Shown: positions 1-10,831 of the stretch, one piece after another | Numbering within the stretch: position 1 is the first letter of the stretch | How the letters are laid out: the number at the start of each line of letters is the position of its first letter | Virus record (IMG/VR): IMGVR_UViG_3300033068_001704 | Location: 128,001 to 192,000 of that record | Length of the DNA stretch: 64,000 nucleotides | Direction: 5' to 3' (one strand) | DNA from: a virus | Taxonomy: Duplodnaviria; Caudoviricetes | The notes under the pieces: generated by a model | What the model saw: the letters and a program-made list of their open reading frames with translations, nothing else | The model's database searches: none | What the model was told of the DNA's origin: nothing | Program-made: the position numbers and the translations under genes

Positions 1-3000
1 GTCTACCGCGAGAAGCTCCGACTTCTGGAGAAGCTCCACGACGAGTCGATCGGGGAGGATGCCCTCGTCGAGTCGTTGAAGAAGGCTCACGCTGAGATGG
101 ACTCCCTCGTCGCCGACCAGGCGCGAGCTGCGCGGAGCATGGACCGCGCGACTGAGAAGATGACCCGCGGCTCTCAGCGCGCCGCGGACTTCATGAAGCG
201 GTTCCGCCGAGACGCGACGAAGGGGGCGGACGACTTCGCAGAGAGCCTCCAGGGCAGCCTCTCTGGACTTCAGGGGAAGCTCACCGGCAGCCTCGACCTC
301 GGGTCCATGGTCTCTGGTGGAGCTGGGGCACTCGGGAAGGGTGCCGGGGGTCTGAGCGAGATCCTTGGTGGTGTTGGGGCAGGTGGCGGTGCCTTCGCTT
401 CCTTGGCCAAGGGGGCGTCCGGGCTCTTGATGGTCCTGGGGCCGTTGACTGTTGCTCTCGGGATGTTCGCCTCCCTCATGTTCGAGATGGACAAGGGGAT
501 CAAGGAGTTCAACAAGGGGGCCGTCAACACCTTCGGAACGCGCGGGGTGATGAACCTCGGGATGAAGACGCTCGATGAGAACCTCCGAGTGCTCAGGCAC
601 TCGACGCAGGATCTGACGGCGAGCCTCGGGCTCACAGAGCAGGAAGCCCTCGGTGTCTTCGACGCGTTCGACGCGGGTGGCGTGACGTTCAGGCGCCTGA
701 CGGGAGGGGTCGAGGACGCGACCAAGGCACAGCAGCGTCTCCAGAGCACCCTGCGGGCAACCGCATCGACGGCGAAGGCCCTCGGGGTGGGCGTCAACGA
801 ATTCACCGGGACTCTGACGGAGTACATGGATACCCTCGCGTTCTCCTTGGAGGACGTCACGGGGCAGTTCGCGATGGTCTCCAAGCAGGCGCAGGAGGCT
901 GGTTTCTCGACGCGCCGGTTCTACTCGCTGATCGTTCAGGCGACCTCGGGTCAGGCCTCTCTCAACACGCGCCTCGACCAGACGGCCGAGCTGCTCGTCC
1001 GCATGAGCAAGGTGCTCGGCGAGAAGGGGGCGGCGGAGGCCCTCGGTGGGGCGGCAGGGTCCTTCAAGGACATGGGCACGTCCGATCGCTATCGGATGAT
1101 GATGACCACCGGAACCGGTCGAACGAAGGAGACGATCGCGAGGAGCGCGCAGACCCAGGCGGCGAACTTCCTGACGCGAGACGACCTCGACAAGGGCGCT
1201 CTTCTGAGTGCGATGAAGGACTCGGGGGTCAACCTCTCTGGGGGGGCGCTCTCGGACTCGAAGACCCTTGTGTCCGAGCTGGCCTCGATGACTCGGACCG
1301 ATCAGGCCAAGCTCATCGCAGCGATCACCTCTTCGAGCGACAAGACGATCCAGTCTCAGGGGCGAGCCCTCAGCCAGCTCGTGACCGTCACACGCGGGAC
1401 CTCTGGGTCGATGGCCGACATGAGCGATGCGCTCTCTGCGCTCGACCCTGGGGCTACGATCGCGATGAAGCTCCAGAGCGCGATGGCTGTGCTCGGGAGG
1501 CCCATCCACGAACTCACCGGCGTGCAGCGCATGGCCGCCGAGCAGATCACGGGCATGAGCGGGGCCCAGTTCGAGCAGTACCAGGCGATGGCCGCTCAGG
1601 CGGAGGGGAGCTTCGGGATCCTCACCTCGATCCGCGACAGCGGAGTCGATGCGTCGGATCGAGAGTCGGAGCTTCTTGAGCGCTTCGGGGCGAAGATCGA
1701 GGACGGGAAGATCATCGCGGAGAACGGGCAGGAAGTCACCTCGTCGATGGACCTGCTGACCTCTCTCGCTGAGCGGGACCAGGTCAAGGTCGCCGACGTG
1801 ATGGATGAGAATCTCGGACTCGCCTACGAGTCCTTCGACGCGACCGTCACGATCGCCGACATCCTGGAGAACAAGATCCTGTTCTACCTCCGGGGTCTCT
1901 ACGAAGACATCGGGCAGCCGATGTTGATGTGGATCCAGAAGACCCTCGGGCTCGGTGGTTCCAGCGATGCTCGTCAGGCGTCGATCAGCGCGCGGGCTGC
2001 TCTCCGAAACGAGATCGAGACCCAGCAGGGGAGAGCATCCTCGGCGAGCAAGACCGTGTCCTCCTTGGAGGTCGCGGAGAGGCGGGGTTCGCTCACGGAT
2101 GAGCAGAAGACCGCTCTGGAAGAAGCACGGCGCGTCCAGGCAGAGGCTCAGGCAGTCGTCTCGGCGGGCACGCTGGAACTTCGGAAGCAGTCGTCTGGTG
2201 ACTTCAGCAGCCTGACTGGGACGAAGCAGGTTCGGGTCGAGGGCCGGAGAATCGGGGGGATGGCCGCCGCGCGATCCGGTCTGGACTCCGCTGGGGCTGG
2301 TCCGACGATGCGGTCGGAGTCCTACACGCTCTCCCCCGAAGAACTTCTCAAGCAGGTGCGGTCGAGGGCCGGGGCATCCGTTGCTTCTTCCCATGCAATC
2401 ACGGGGGGCTCTGGGGCAACGCCCACGGCCACCTCGAAGGCCGCCGCAGAGACCACGGCAGAGGTCACGGATGCGATGGTTGCCTCCGGCGACACGGTCG
2501 CTGAGACCACGCGCGAGGAGTCGGTAGAGACGCGGAAGACGCTTGAGGTCGAGGGGAAGGACACCCGAGACCACCTCACGAAGGTTCTTACGAGAGAGAC
2601 CAAGCTCGGGAACGCACTCGCGAGAAGCGATCTGCCGGACGCGATCGTCGCGGCTCAGATGAAGCAGCAGCTCATGTCGCTGGGGTACGCGGCTGGGTTG
2701 GACCAGACCGAGGTGACCGAGGCGATCGACACGTACTTCTCGGAAGGCAAGCTCAGCTCGAAGCTACACGCTGGACTTCAAAGTCAGGGCGGGTTCGAGG
2801 ATGGATCTCCGCTCTCGGGGATGATGTCCTCGCTCGGGATCATGCCGGGCGCGCGGGGTGCTGGCCGGCATGGGTTGGACCGGCACCGGTCTATCGTCGA
2901 GGAAGAGGGCGTCGAGGACTTCATCTACCGTGGGGATGGGATCCGAGGATCGATCACTCCCATCGACTCGGGCGACGAGTTCTTCGGGGCCAAGCGCGGG

Positions 3001-3144
3001 GGTCCGATCGATCGAGCGACAGGCGGTGGCGGTAACGTCGTCAACATCAGCATCCATGGGGATGAAGGCCGAATCTTCTCGGTGGTGAAGCGCGTCCTTC
3101 AGACGTCCGGAATCGGACCGGGAAGAGTGTCCTCACGTGCCTGA
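1..3144 (+). CDS. Tail tape measure protein (5' partial; frame is open from base 1)
   Basis: Over 1000 aa, Ala/Gly/Ser-rich and helical, with a hydrophobic segment (LLMVLGPLTVALGMFASLMF) and a C-terminal GGNVVNISIHG motif; sits directly before baseplate genes. Confidence 0.8.
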   Translation, partial: VYREKLRLLEKLHDESIGEDALVESLKKAHAEMDSLVADQARAARSMDRATEKMTRGSQRAADFMKRFRRDATKGADDFAESLQGSLSGLQGKLTGSLDLGSMVSGGAGALGKGAGGLSEILGGVGAGGGAFASLAKGASGLLMVLGPLTVALGMFASLMFEMDKGIKEFNKGAVNTFGTRGVMNLGMKTLDENLRVLRHSTQDLTASLGLTEQEALGVFDAFDAGGVTFRRLTGGVEDATKAQQRLQSTLRATASTAKALGVGVNEFTGTLTEYMDTLAFSLEDVTGQFAMVSKQAQEAGFSTRRFYSLIVQATSGQASLNTRLDQTAELLVRMSKVLGEKGAAEALGGAAGSFKDMGTSDRYRMMMTTGTGRTKETIARSAQTQAANFLTRDDLDKGALLSAMKDSGVNLSGGALSDSKTLVSELASMTRTDQAKLIAAITSSSDKTIQSQGRALSQLVTVTRGTSGSMADMSDALSALDPGATIAMKLQSAMAVLGRPIHELTGVQRMAAEQITGMSGAQFEQYQAMAAQAEGSFGILTSIRDSGVDASDRESELLERFGAKIEDGKIIAENGQEVTSSMDLLTSLAERDQVKVADVMDENLGLAYESFDATVTIADILENKILFYLRGLYEDIGQPMLMWIQKTLGLGGSSDARQASISARAALRNEIETQQGRASSASKTVSSLEVAERRGSLTDEQKTALEEARRVQAEAQAVVSAGTLELRKQSSGDFSSLTGTKQVRVEGRRIGGMAAARSGLDSAGAGPTMRSESYTLSPEELLKQVRSRAGASVASSHAITGGSGATPTATSKAAAETTAEVTDAMVASGDTVAETTREESVETRKTLEVEGKDTRDHLTKVLTRETKLGNALARSDLPDAIVAAQMKQQLMSLGYAAGLDQTEVTEAIDTYFSEGKLSSKLHAGLQSQGGFEDGSPLSGMMSSLGIMPGARGAGRHGLDRHRSIVEEEGVEDFIYRGDGIRGSITPIDSGDEFFGAKRGGPIDRATGGGGNVVNISIHGDEGRIFSVVKRVLQTSGIGPGRVSSRA

Positions 3145-3790
3145 TCGTCGCTCCGTGGTCCGTTCGGCGTTCAACTCCGCTCAGGATGGGCTCCTGGGTC
3201 TCGGGAAGCGTCCTGTCGTATTCGACATCATCGCCCCGGACAAGCGAACCTCGCTCCTCGGTGATCTGAAGCTCGTGCTTCACGTCAACCCGAGTACGAT
3301 GCAGATCTCCTACACCAAGGTCGTGGAACGCCTCCAGACGATGGGGGGTTTCGTAGAGCAGCACTGGGGCCAGGCCCCTTCGGAGATCAGCCTCACGGGC
3401 GCGACGGGAGGCTTCGTTCGGTTGTTCTCCGGGTTGTCGAACATCACCGGTCCGACTCCCTCGAACCCCGACGTCCTCCCGACGACGATGCAGGCGCAGA
3501 CGGTGGGTGGGACCCGGCGAGACACGATCGCGTACGACAAGTACCTCGACTTCCTCGCGATGTACAAGAACAACGGGTCGATCTACGACACGAACGGGAA
3601 CGTGGCCCTCCAGGGTCAGATCCTGATGATGTTCGACGGCGGGATGTGGTGGGGGTACTTCACTGATTTCGGGGTGGAGGAGACGGCAGAGCAGCCGTAC
3701 CAGTTCTCCATCACCGCCACGTTTCAGGTCGAGAGGGAGAAGCATCTCCTCCGCACGATCAACACTCCCATCTCTCCGACGGGGGGGTGA
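3137..3790 (+). CDS. Tail tube initiator/baseplate-associated protein
   Basis: Follows the tape measure; pattern LHVNP..QISY.K...QT.GGFV..HWG...ISL.G.T and a C-terminal GYF..F...E.AEQPY.FS. Confidence 0.6.
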   Translation: MPDRRSVVRSAFNSAQDGLLGLGKRPVVFDIIAPDKRTSLLGDLKLVLHVNPSTMQISYTKVVERLQTMGGFVEQHWGQAPSEISLTGATGGFVRLFSGLSNITGPTPSNPDVLPTTMQAQTVGGTRRDTIAYDKYLDFLAMYKNNGSIYDTNGNVALQGQILMMFDGGMWWGYFTDFGVEETAEQPYQFSITATFQVEREKHLLRTINTPISPTGG

Positions 3791-3793
3791 TCC

Positions 3794-4996
3794 GTGCCGA
3801 ATCCGACCCAGCCCGCCCGCTACTTCCAGGGGCTTCCGACAGGACCCGCGTTCGAGCGTGAGTACGAGATCCAGGAGACGATCCCGATCGATGGGTCGAA
3901 GGGGAATCTCCGGGGCTACTCGCCGTTCGTCATGCGTACGCTTCCGCCGACGATTCTCGGCGACAGCCTGAACATCCTTCAGGCAAGCCCCCCGTCCTCT
4001 CAGGAGACCCGGGGTCGCCGGGACTTCGCGGGGGCCATCCGATCTCTCGACCAGTCGAGCCCCTCCGCAGATACCTACCGACAGCTCGTCAATCGGGGGG
4101 AGACGATCCCTGGGTTGACCGCAGCGAGTGTCAGGGACATCGACCAGGCGATCTCGAACTCGGCTCGGAACCAGTCCATCGCTCAGACTGCCGGGGCCAG
4201 AGTCGTTCCGGCCGTCACAAATGACGCAACGGCTCTCTCGATCATCCTCCAGCTCAAGAGGCTCATCGAGGTCCCCCCACTCGTGCTCCTGATCAACCCC
4301 ACGAGCTTCTCGGTTCGCCACCAGAAGATCGCTCAGTTCCAGGAGCGGAGCCGGTACGGGTACATCTACCAGGTCTGGGGAGAGGAGCTGGCGAAGGTAT
4401 CGTTCTCTTGCACCATCGGCGCGTTTATCGCGGGGAAGACGTCCCCGACTCAGCGGGTCGCTTCAGGTGTTCAGTACGCGTCGAAGAGAGACTCGGCTTC
4501 GTTCCAGCAGCTCATGGCAGTGCTCGCGGTCTATCAGAGCAGCGGGCAGATCCAGGACCTGAATGGGAACGCAACAGGTCGTGCTTCGAGAGCCAACCTC
4601 ATGGTCGGGAACACAGCCATCGAGTACGACAACAACGTCTACGTCGGACACATGGACTCATTCTCCTACTCGGAGGAAGAGACGCTCCAGGGTGGCGGGA
4701 TGAAGTTCGAGATCGAGTTCACGGCCGTGAAGATGTTCGATGTCGCCGAATCGAAAGTCTCGTTGACCCCACTGAACTCCCCGAACAACGCATACAATCC
4801 GTCTGCTGCGGTGACCGCTTCGCAGGGGTCGCGGTTGTCTCGGACCTTCCTGGGCTCCGGCGGGACGCAGCTCCTCACGGCCCCGACGGTTGGGACTCAG
4901 GGCAGTTCCGATCCCCCGCAGCCTTGGGCGGGGGAGGCCGTGGTGGTGGAAGACACAGAACAGACGGGCGTCGTGGTCACGACCCGACGCAGGTGA
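3794..4996 (+). CDS. Second tube-initiator-like baseplate protein
   Basis: C-terminal half parallels the previous gene (LLINPTSF...YIYQVWGEE...YVGHMDSFSYSEEE...FEIEF). Confidence 0.55.
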   Translation: MPNPTQPARYFQGLPTGPAFEREYEIQETIPIDGSKGNLRGYSPFVMRTLPPTILGDSLNILQASPPSSQETRGRRDFAGAIRSLDQSSPSADTYRQLVNRGETIPGLTAASVRDIDQAISNSARNQSIAQTAGARVVPAVTNDATALSIILQLKRLIEVPPLVLLINPTSFSVRHQKIAQFQERSRYGYIYQVWGEELAKVSFSCTIGAFIAGKTSPTQRVASGVQYASKRDSASFQQLMAVLAVYQSSGQIQDLNGNATGRASRANLMVGNTAIEYDNNVYVGHMDSFSYSEEETLQGGGMKFEIEFTAVKMFDVAESKVSLTPLNSPNNAYNPSAAVTASQGSRLSRTFLGSGGTQLLTAPTVGTQGSSDPPQPWAGEAVVVEDTEQTGVVVTTRRR

Positions 4997-4999
4997 TTC

Positions 5000-7900
5000 A
5001 TGGGACTCCTCGACCGCCCCTATGCCGGCACATGGTCTCCGAACAAGCGGAAGATCGTCCAGTACACGCCCGACGCCCTCGTCTACCTGAACGGGGACAC
5101 GTCCCTCTCAGGATGCCGGCTGTGCCGACACAACATCGACATCCAGCAGTTCGTCACGTCGCTCTCTGTTGATGCGGGGATCGATCCCGGTGCGGCGTCG
5201 GCGAGCGTGACGCTCTCGATCCCGAAGAGCTACGGGGACTCGTTGTTCCGAGATGGGAACACGCTCCTTCGGAACGGGCTGGAGGTCCACATCTACTTCC
5301 GCGGGTACTTCCCGATGGCGGGGATGGCGGACCCGTCCGAAGAGGTCGCCGGGATCAAGCTCGGAGACGTCCCTCAGTACCCGTACTACCCCGGATTCCA
5401 TGGGGTGGTGACCCAGGTTTCCCATGAGTATTCGGGGGGTTACTACTCCGCGTCCCTGACCTGCGCGGGCATGCTGCACTTCTGGCAGTACATGCAGATC
5501 GCGTCGAACGGCGCAGCCTTCGGCGCGCGACCCACGAACTCCGGGGTTCGCACCAACCTCCGTGGCCACGTCTTCACGGGCATGAGCCCGTTCTCAATCA
5601 TCTACAGCCTCTACCGGGACACGGCTGGCGCCGCGGCAGGCGTTGGGTTCGCCCTCCAGAGCCGCACCAACTACCGCACGGTCTCGTCGGCGACCGGGGA
5701 TTCCCTGTACGCGTCGATGCTCCGGTACTGGGAGCGCCGCTTCATGCAGCGGATGTATGGGCTCCGGATGCACGGCGCCTCGGGGCAGCTCTTCAGTGCG
5801 AGCCAGCAGGCGTATCTCGCCCGTCTTGGTGGTGGGGATGCCCGAGTTCTTTCTCTCGTTTCTCAGAGAGCTTCGACGGCGTCCGACCCCCTCGCCAACA
5901 GCGCCGCGGAGCTTGGCCTCATCGATCGTGACGGTGATGGTCGCATCCTGCGCGGGCTCGACGCTCGATTCCTTGCCAGCTCGGGTGGGGGTCGGGGCGA
6001 CTACGGCGTGGTCGTCCCTCAGATGCAGGCCTTCGTCAACGACATCTCCCAGTTCGGGCAGGTCAACCTGTTCGAGTCCACGTACGAATCGAAGCTCGAC
6101 ATCGCGACGCAGGTCGCGAACATCTGCGGCTACGAGTTCTACCAGGACATGGACGGGGATCTCGTCTTCAAGCCGCCTCTCTACAACCTCGACACGTCAT
6201 CCTCTCGGGTCTACCGGATCGAGCCCGAGGACATCATGTCGATCTCCTTCACGGAGAGCGAGCCGGAGGCGACCTACGCGACGGTCAGCGGAGGTCCGTT
6301 CCAGAACCTGCGTGGCGCAGTGGATCAGGCCGAGTGGGGTGTCCGCTCGACGTACGTGGACTACCGTCTCGTCGCCCAGTTCGGGTGGCGCGAGGGGTCT
6401 CTTCAGTCGAACTACTACTCGAACGCCAGGTCCGCCTACTACGCGGCGGTGGCTCAGCTCGACAAGCTGAATCAGGGGATGAACTCGGCTTCGGTGACGA
6501 TCCCCCTCCGTCCGGAGCTTCGTCAGGGGTTCCCGGTCTACATCCCGCACATCGACTGTTTCTACTACGTTCAGTCGATCAGCCATTCGTTCACGTTCGG
6601 CGGGTCGTGCACGACCACGTTGAATCTCGTGGCGCGCCGTCGGAAGTTCATCCCTCCGGGTGAACGGGATGGCGAGAGCATCAACTCGATCAAGCTCGAT
6701 CGCCTCAACCTCGCCCCTCGCGCGCTCCAGTACCTGGACAACAGCGGGGTTCCTCGCATCCTCGGGTTCCCGAACGTCGTGATGGCGTTGGACCCGACGC
6801 GGATCAACCCCCTGTTCTTCGTCTTCGGGCTGGACGCCGAAGAGGCCGGCGTCACGGGGCGTGGTCGAGGTGGGATCGAGACGGCAGAGGCTCGACAGGA
6901 ACAGCTCGCCACGAACTTCTCGCAGCTCCTGATTCAGGAGGGTGTCCTGGGTCTGGGGAGCCCTGAATCAGACCTGGACACGTTCGATGGGGACATCACG
7001 GTCGATGCGGAGGGTCGGATCACGTCCGCCACCGAGATCGCAGGGCGAGAACAGGCTCAGACGGCTGCTCCCGTCACGGGATCATCCGCGTCCGGTCAGG
7101 ATCCCGTGCTCGGCCCCTGGTTCATCCAGGCGGATGACTTCCGAGGGCGGCAGGTCACGGCAGATCAGCTTCGAGAAGGACTGATCAGTCTTGTCCAGGT
7201 TCGAGGACGGGTCCGAGGTCGGATCGCCCGAGTCCAGCGAGATATCCGGAGCCGTGAGGCTCAGCTCTCCAGGAGTGGGACGGCGCCCTCCGCACAGGAA
7301 GGTCTCACGGTCGAGATCGCAGATCTCCGACGCGAGGCGAGCACCCTCAACGAGTTCCTTGCTGGGGAAGCTTCGATCGGAGCTGTTCAGACCGCGAATG
7401 CCGGACTGGTCCAGGGGGTGGCAGACGTGGAGTCGGTCACGCTCGTGAACTTCCTCCTGAGCCGTGTCCGTCAGCCGAACCCTGGAACTGCCAGTCGGGA
7501 CATGTCGGTGGATGCGACGGGGGCGCTCAACGACTCGGCGACCATCCTCGACATCCTCGGAGACCGGAAGGCATCCCTTGGGATCAACGTTCCGGGCTAC
7601 TACAGGTACTACTCCTCGGCTCATCCCGATCCTGTACAGCAGGGCTATGCTCCTCTGACCTCCGCGGACGCAACGTCGGAAGAGGGCGAGATCCCGGAAG
7701 GTTCGGAAGACGACCCGAGTGCTGGGTCCGACCTCCGAACGGTGGGCATCGTGGCTCTGACGGGGGAAGACGCAGAGTCTCTCGGGGAGGATGAGCTTCG
7801 AGACTTCGTACAGCTCCAGAACGTCATCCCGGTCAACGGGCTGAATGTGCGGACGTTCGCGTCCCAGGAGCCGACGCCCACTCCGACGGATCAGATCTAC

Positions 7901-9871
7901 GCGCTTTCCTTCGAGCAGCGTTCATCCCGTCGCTTCGGTCGGACGATGTACTTCGTCGCCCGCACGGGGGATGTCTCGGAGATCCGTCGTGCCTTCGAGG
8001 CCTGCCAGGCCCCCGGAAATGATGTGGGACGTCAGCTCGGGCGGGTTCTCGCAAGCCGCGTGGGGGAGTCTGGTCTCTCGAATGCCGGGCAGACGGGAGG
8101 CGCGCTAGTCGCTGCGGCTCTCTCCAACGTCACGGGGCTCGTGGGCTCCGATGGCAGCAACATCGACAGCGATGACATCTCAGGCGGGACGCCGAACAAC
8201 GTCGCAAGAGCGGATGGCGCGGTCGTCACGGATGCTCCTGTGGGTGGGGCGAACACGGTATCCAGGGCGGAGACGATCCTGACCCTCAAGGCGCAGGCTC
8301 TGGTCCAGCAGGTTTCGATCGCGAACCGAGCCGGGATCATGAGGGCCCTGGAGATCCTCTCGGAGAACCCCCTCACTCGTGAAGGTTCGAGCCCGTCCGC
8401 GACGGGTGGGGCCGCGACGCAGGCGAGCGAGAGTGATGCTTCCTTGGCGCGTCGCGCAGGGATCCCGGCGAACGTCATGCGGGCCATCCGGGCGATCGAG
8501 TCCACGAGCAACCCGAACGTGGTTCGGTTCGAGACGAGACTCTTCCGGGAACGGACGGGGCAGACGATCGAGGGGACGAACAGGACGACCTTCGAGCAGG
8601 CGTTCGCGATCAACCCTCAGGCAGCGGTCGAGTCCACCAGCTTCGGGTCCTACCAGGTGTTGGGCGCCACTCTCCTCCGCCTTGAGTCTGATCCTGCTGC
8701 TGCCCTTCGGCGATTCGATGAGAACCCTCAGGGGGTCAGCGATGACCTTCTCGTCACGTACTTCCGAGAGGCACGCCCTCGTCTTCGAGAGATCGCGAAC
8801 GGGAATCCGCTCGACGTCGCTGCGCTCGCGGAAGGCTACAACGGAAGCTCTCAGACCCGCTGGGCAAGCCGCTTCAGCGCCGCTCTGGCCTCCGGCACCG
8901 GGGCAGCTCGAAGCCAGACGGCAACGCGTGGTGGGGGGACCAACTTCGTGCTCTCTGGCCAGGCCGCCAGGGATCTCAACTCTGCGCTCATGCGCTGGCG
9001 TCAGGACCTGACGAAGCTCTTCGGCGAGGCGCGAGTCTCCGGGCTTCCCTTCTCGTTCGAGCGTCGGACGGGTGTGGTCGAGGAACCCCTCAACATGTTC
9101 TCCCCGGTGTTCCCGGTGTCGGACGCAATCGGGTACGAGCACTACGGCACGTACCAGTACGGGCGTGGGCTCAGCATCGAGGCAGGGGGGAACTACGAGC
9201 GGTTGATGGCGGTGGATCCGTTCGAGTATGTGGATCCGGAGCTGGCATACCGCTTCGCGGATGCACTTCGACGGGAAGGGCGTCTCGGGGACCGCACCCG
9301 TGCTGTGCTTGCGGAGATCGCTTCGGACGCAACGTTCCGGCAAAGCCCCGGTGCAGACATCGCGATCCGCGAGTACACCGAGGGCTCGACTGACGAGGCC
9401 GCCTCTTCCACAGCGATGATCGCAGCCGGGCTCGCCAACTACGTCATGAGCGACCGGGACGCGGTCACGAAGCTCCCCGTCTCGAACTCGGCGTTCCGGC
9501 TCTCGGAGATCCACCCGTACGAGCAGGATGAGACCTGCGAGTGCCGTGGGGCCGAGGCCGACCTCCTGCTGGGGGCCTACATGGCTGGGGCGAGCGCCAC
9601 GACGTTCGTGTCGGTCGATGCACCCGACAAGGCATCTCAGTGGGCGGCACAACAGATGGCCCTCGCAGCGGACTCCTGGTCCCTCTCGCAGGAAGCTCTG
9701 CGGGGGTCGGCGCTGTCTTCGGATGGGCGTCGCTCGCTGTTCGACACGGTGCAGGGCATCGCGGGGATGGCCTCATCCCTCACAGCCCCGGTCGAGCAGC
9801 TCGAAAACCAGTTCGAGGGCGAGACCGAGCGTGGTCTTCGCCGACTCAACGAGCTGGCTGGTCGGGTCTAG
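5000..9871 (+). CDS. Baseplate hub-like protein with internal N-acetylmuramidase (DUF3380-like) domain
   Basis: Hub-like motifs (EFYQDMDGDLVFKPP, IPLRPELRQGFPVY, YYVQSISHSF); muramidase motifs AIRAIES, RFE, ESTSFGSYQVLG and AEGYNG at about 8430-8890. Confidence 0.75.
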   Translation: MGLLDRPYAGTWSPNKRKIVQYTPDALVYLNGDTSLSGCRLCRHNIDIQQFVTSLSVDAGIDPGAASASVTLSIPKSYGDSLFRDGNTLLRNGLEVHIYFRGYFPMAGMADPSEEVAGIKLGDVPQYPYYPGFHGVVTQVSHEYSGGYYSASLTCAGMLHFWQYMQIASNGAAFGARPTNSGVRTNLRGHVFTGMSPFSIIYSLYRDTAGAAAGVGFALQSRTNYRTVSSATGDSLYASMLRYWERRFMQRMYGLRMHGASGQLFSASQQAYLARLGGGDARVLSLVSQRASTASDPLANSAAELGLIDRDGDGRILRGLDARFLASSGGGRGDYGVVVPQMQAFVNDISQFGQVNLFESTYESKLDIATQVANICGYEFYQDMDGDLVFKPPLYNLDTSSSRVYRIEPEDIMSISFTESEPEATYATVSGGPFQNLRGAVDQAEWGVRSTYVDYRLVAQFGWREGSLQSNYYSNARSAYYAAVAQLDKLNQGMNSASVTIPLRPELRQGFPVYIPHIDCFYYVQSISHSFTFGGSCTTTLNLVARRRKFIPPGERDGESINSIKLDRLNLAPRALQYLDNSGVPRILGFPNVVMALDPTRINPLFFVFGLDAEEAGVTGRGRGGIETAEARQEQLATNFSQLLIQEGVLGLGSPESDLDTFDGDITVDAEGRITSATEIAGREQAQTAAPVTGSSASGQDPVLGPWFIQADDFRGRQVTADQLREGLISLVQVRGRVRGRIARVQRDIRSREAQLSRSGTAPSAQEGLTVEIADLRREASTLNEFLAGEASIGAVQTANAGLVQGVADVESVTLVNFLLSRVRQPNPGTASRDMSVDATGALNDSATILDILGDRKASLGINVPGYYRYYSSAHPDPVQQGYAPLTSADATSEEGEIPEGSEDDPSAGSDLRTVGIVALTGEDAESLGEDELRDFVQLQNVIPVNGLNVRTFASQEPTPTPTDQIYALSFEQRSSRRFGRTMYFVARTGDVSEIRRAFEACQAPGNDVGRQLGRVLASRVGESGLSNAGQTGGALVAAALSNVTGLVGSDGSNIDSDDISGGTPNNVARADGAVVTDAPVGGANTVSRAETILTLKAQALVQQVSIANRAGIMRALEILSENPLTREGSSPSATGGAATQASESDASLARRAGIPANVMRAIRAIESTSNPNVVRFETRLFRERTGQTIEGTNRTTFEQAFAINPQAAVESTSFGSYQVLGATLLRLESDPAAALRRFDENPQGVSDDLLVTYFREARPRLREIANGNPLDVAALAEGYNGSSQTRWASRFSAALASGTGAARSQTATRGGGTNFVLSGQAARDLNSALMRWRQDLTKLFGEARVSGLPFSFERRTGVVEEPLNMFSPVFPVSDAIGYEHYGTYQYGRGLSIEAGGNYERLMAVDPFEYVDPELAYRFADALRREGRLGDRTRAVLAEIASDATFRQSPGADIAIREYTEGSTDEAASSTAMIAAGLANYVMSDRDAVTKLPVSNSAFRLSEIHPYEQDETCECRGAEADLLLGAYMAGASATTFVSVDAPDKASQWAAQQMALAADSWSLSQEALRGSALSSDGRRSLFDTVQGIAGMASSLTAPVEQLENQFEGETERGLRRLNELAGRV

Positions 9872-10077
9872 CCGAAGATCCGGCGCAAGACCAGGACGGC
9901 GTACAAGCCTTCCTCGGACCAGAACTCGTCTTCGGAGTCTACCTTGACTCCGCGCATTTCGAGTTCGTCCTCCACATCGGCCTTGATGCTGTCGAGGCGG
10001 TACCCCTTCGTCTTCACCATGACCTCTCTGGTCAGAACGACAACGAGGGTGTTCTTCTTGTGTAGATGGAACTTCAT
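9868..10077 (-). CDS. Hypothetical protein
   Basis: 69 aa ORF with a 4-nt overlap to the upstream minus-strand gene. Confidence 0.5.
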   Translation of the reverse strand: MKFHLHKKNTLVVVLTREVMVKTKGYRLDSIKADVEDELEMRGVKVDSEDEFWSEEGLYAVLVLRRIFG

Positions 10078-10280
10078 TGGTTCCGCCGATTGGGGACGAT
10101 TGCGTATCCCATTCGATCTAGGTGTTCGATGACCTTCATACCGAGGACCCCAGGGTCGCCCTTCGTTAGGGCGGTTGCCGTGGCGGTCGCCGGCTTCTCT
10201 CGCGGGCCCTGAAGATCGAGTTCTTCAAGGGCACGTGCGATGGAGGACGCCAGGGCCATGCAGGCGAACGGGTCGGTCAT
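10074..10280 (-). CDS. Hypothetical protein
   Basis: 68 aa ORF, translationally coupled on both sides. Confidence 0.5.
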   Translation of the reverse strand: MTDPFACMALASSIARALEELDLQGPREKPATATATALTKGDPGVLGMKVIEHLDRMGYAIVPNRRNQ

Positions 10281-10828
10281 CTCTTCTTCTTACCCTTCTT
10301 GGGGGGAGGGGCGGACCCTCTCTTCCCCCCTCGGCGGATCCGATAGGCGTCGTCCCCCCAGCCCTGGGAGATCCGCTTGAGGAGCTGCTTGTACGAGATC
10401 CCGATCCATTTCGCCCAGCCAGTCTTTGTTTTCGTCCGCCCATCGACAGTCACCTTGTGGTGCTTGAAGGTGATGCGGCGGATCGAGAGGCTCTGCTGGT
10501 GGGACGTCTGCCAAGCGCATTCCCCCGGCTCGTAGTGGCTGAAGGGGGTGATCCTGCCGAGCGTCGTGCCCTGAGGACGGGCCCCCATGTCCTCAAGGAA
10601 ATTCGCGAACGTGTGCCATCGGTCTGTGACGATGACCCCTGCTCCGCCGTAGTGCTCGTACGAGGGGTGCTTCTTCGAGTAGCACCGCTGCATCATCGCC
10701 CGCCATGAGGTGTAGGTCGGGGATTCGAGCCGACCGTCTGCGGTCAGCGTGCGGTGGCCGTGGATCTTCTGGAACCGCTGAGGATGACCCGCCGACTTTC
10801 CGTTAGAGGATTCAGGTCGGCGGGCCAT
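10277..10828 (-). CDS. HNH homing-endonuclease-family protein, apparently degenerate
   Basis: YTSWRAMMQRC, YGGAGV.V..RW..F.NF..DMG.RP.G.TL and a downstream T..GWA..IGI DNA-binding repeat; the usual LDRID and NCRW read LGRIT and ECAW. Confidence 0.75.
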   Translation of the reverse strand: MARRPESSNGKSAGHPQRFQKIHGHRTLTADGRLESPTYTSWRAMMQRCYSKKHPSYEHYGGAGVIVTDRWHTFANFLEDMGARPQGTTLGRITPFSHYEPGECAWQTSHQQSLSIRRITFKHHKVTVDGRTKTKTGWAKWIGISYKQLLKRISQGWGDDAYRIRRGGKRGSAPPPKKGKKKR

Positions 10829-10831
10829 TCC

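Noticed and set aside
1-9871. Bacterial contractile injection system or tailocin
   Set aside because: The same window carries phage replication genes and no host housekeeping operons
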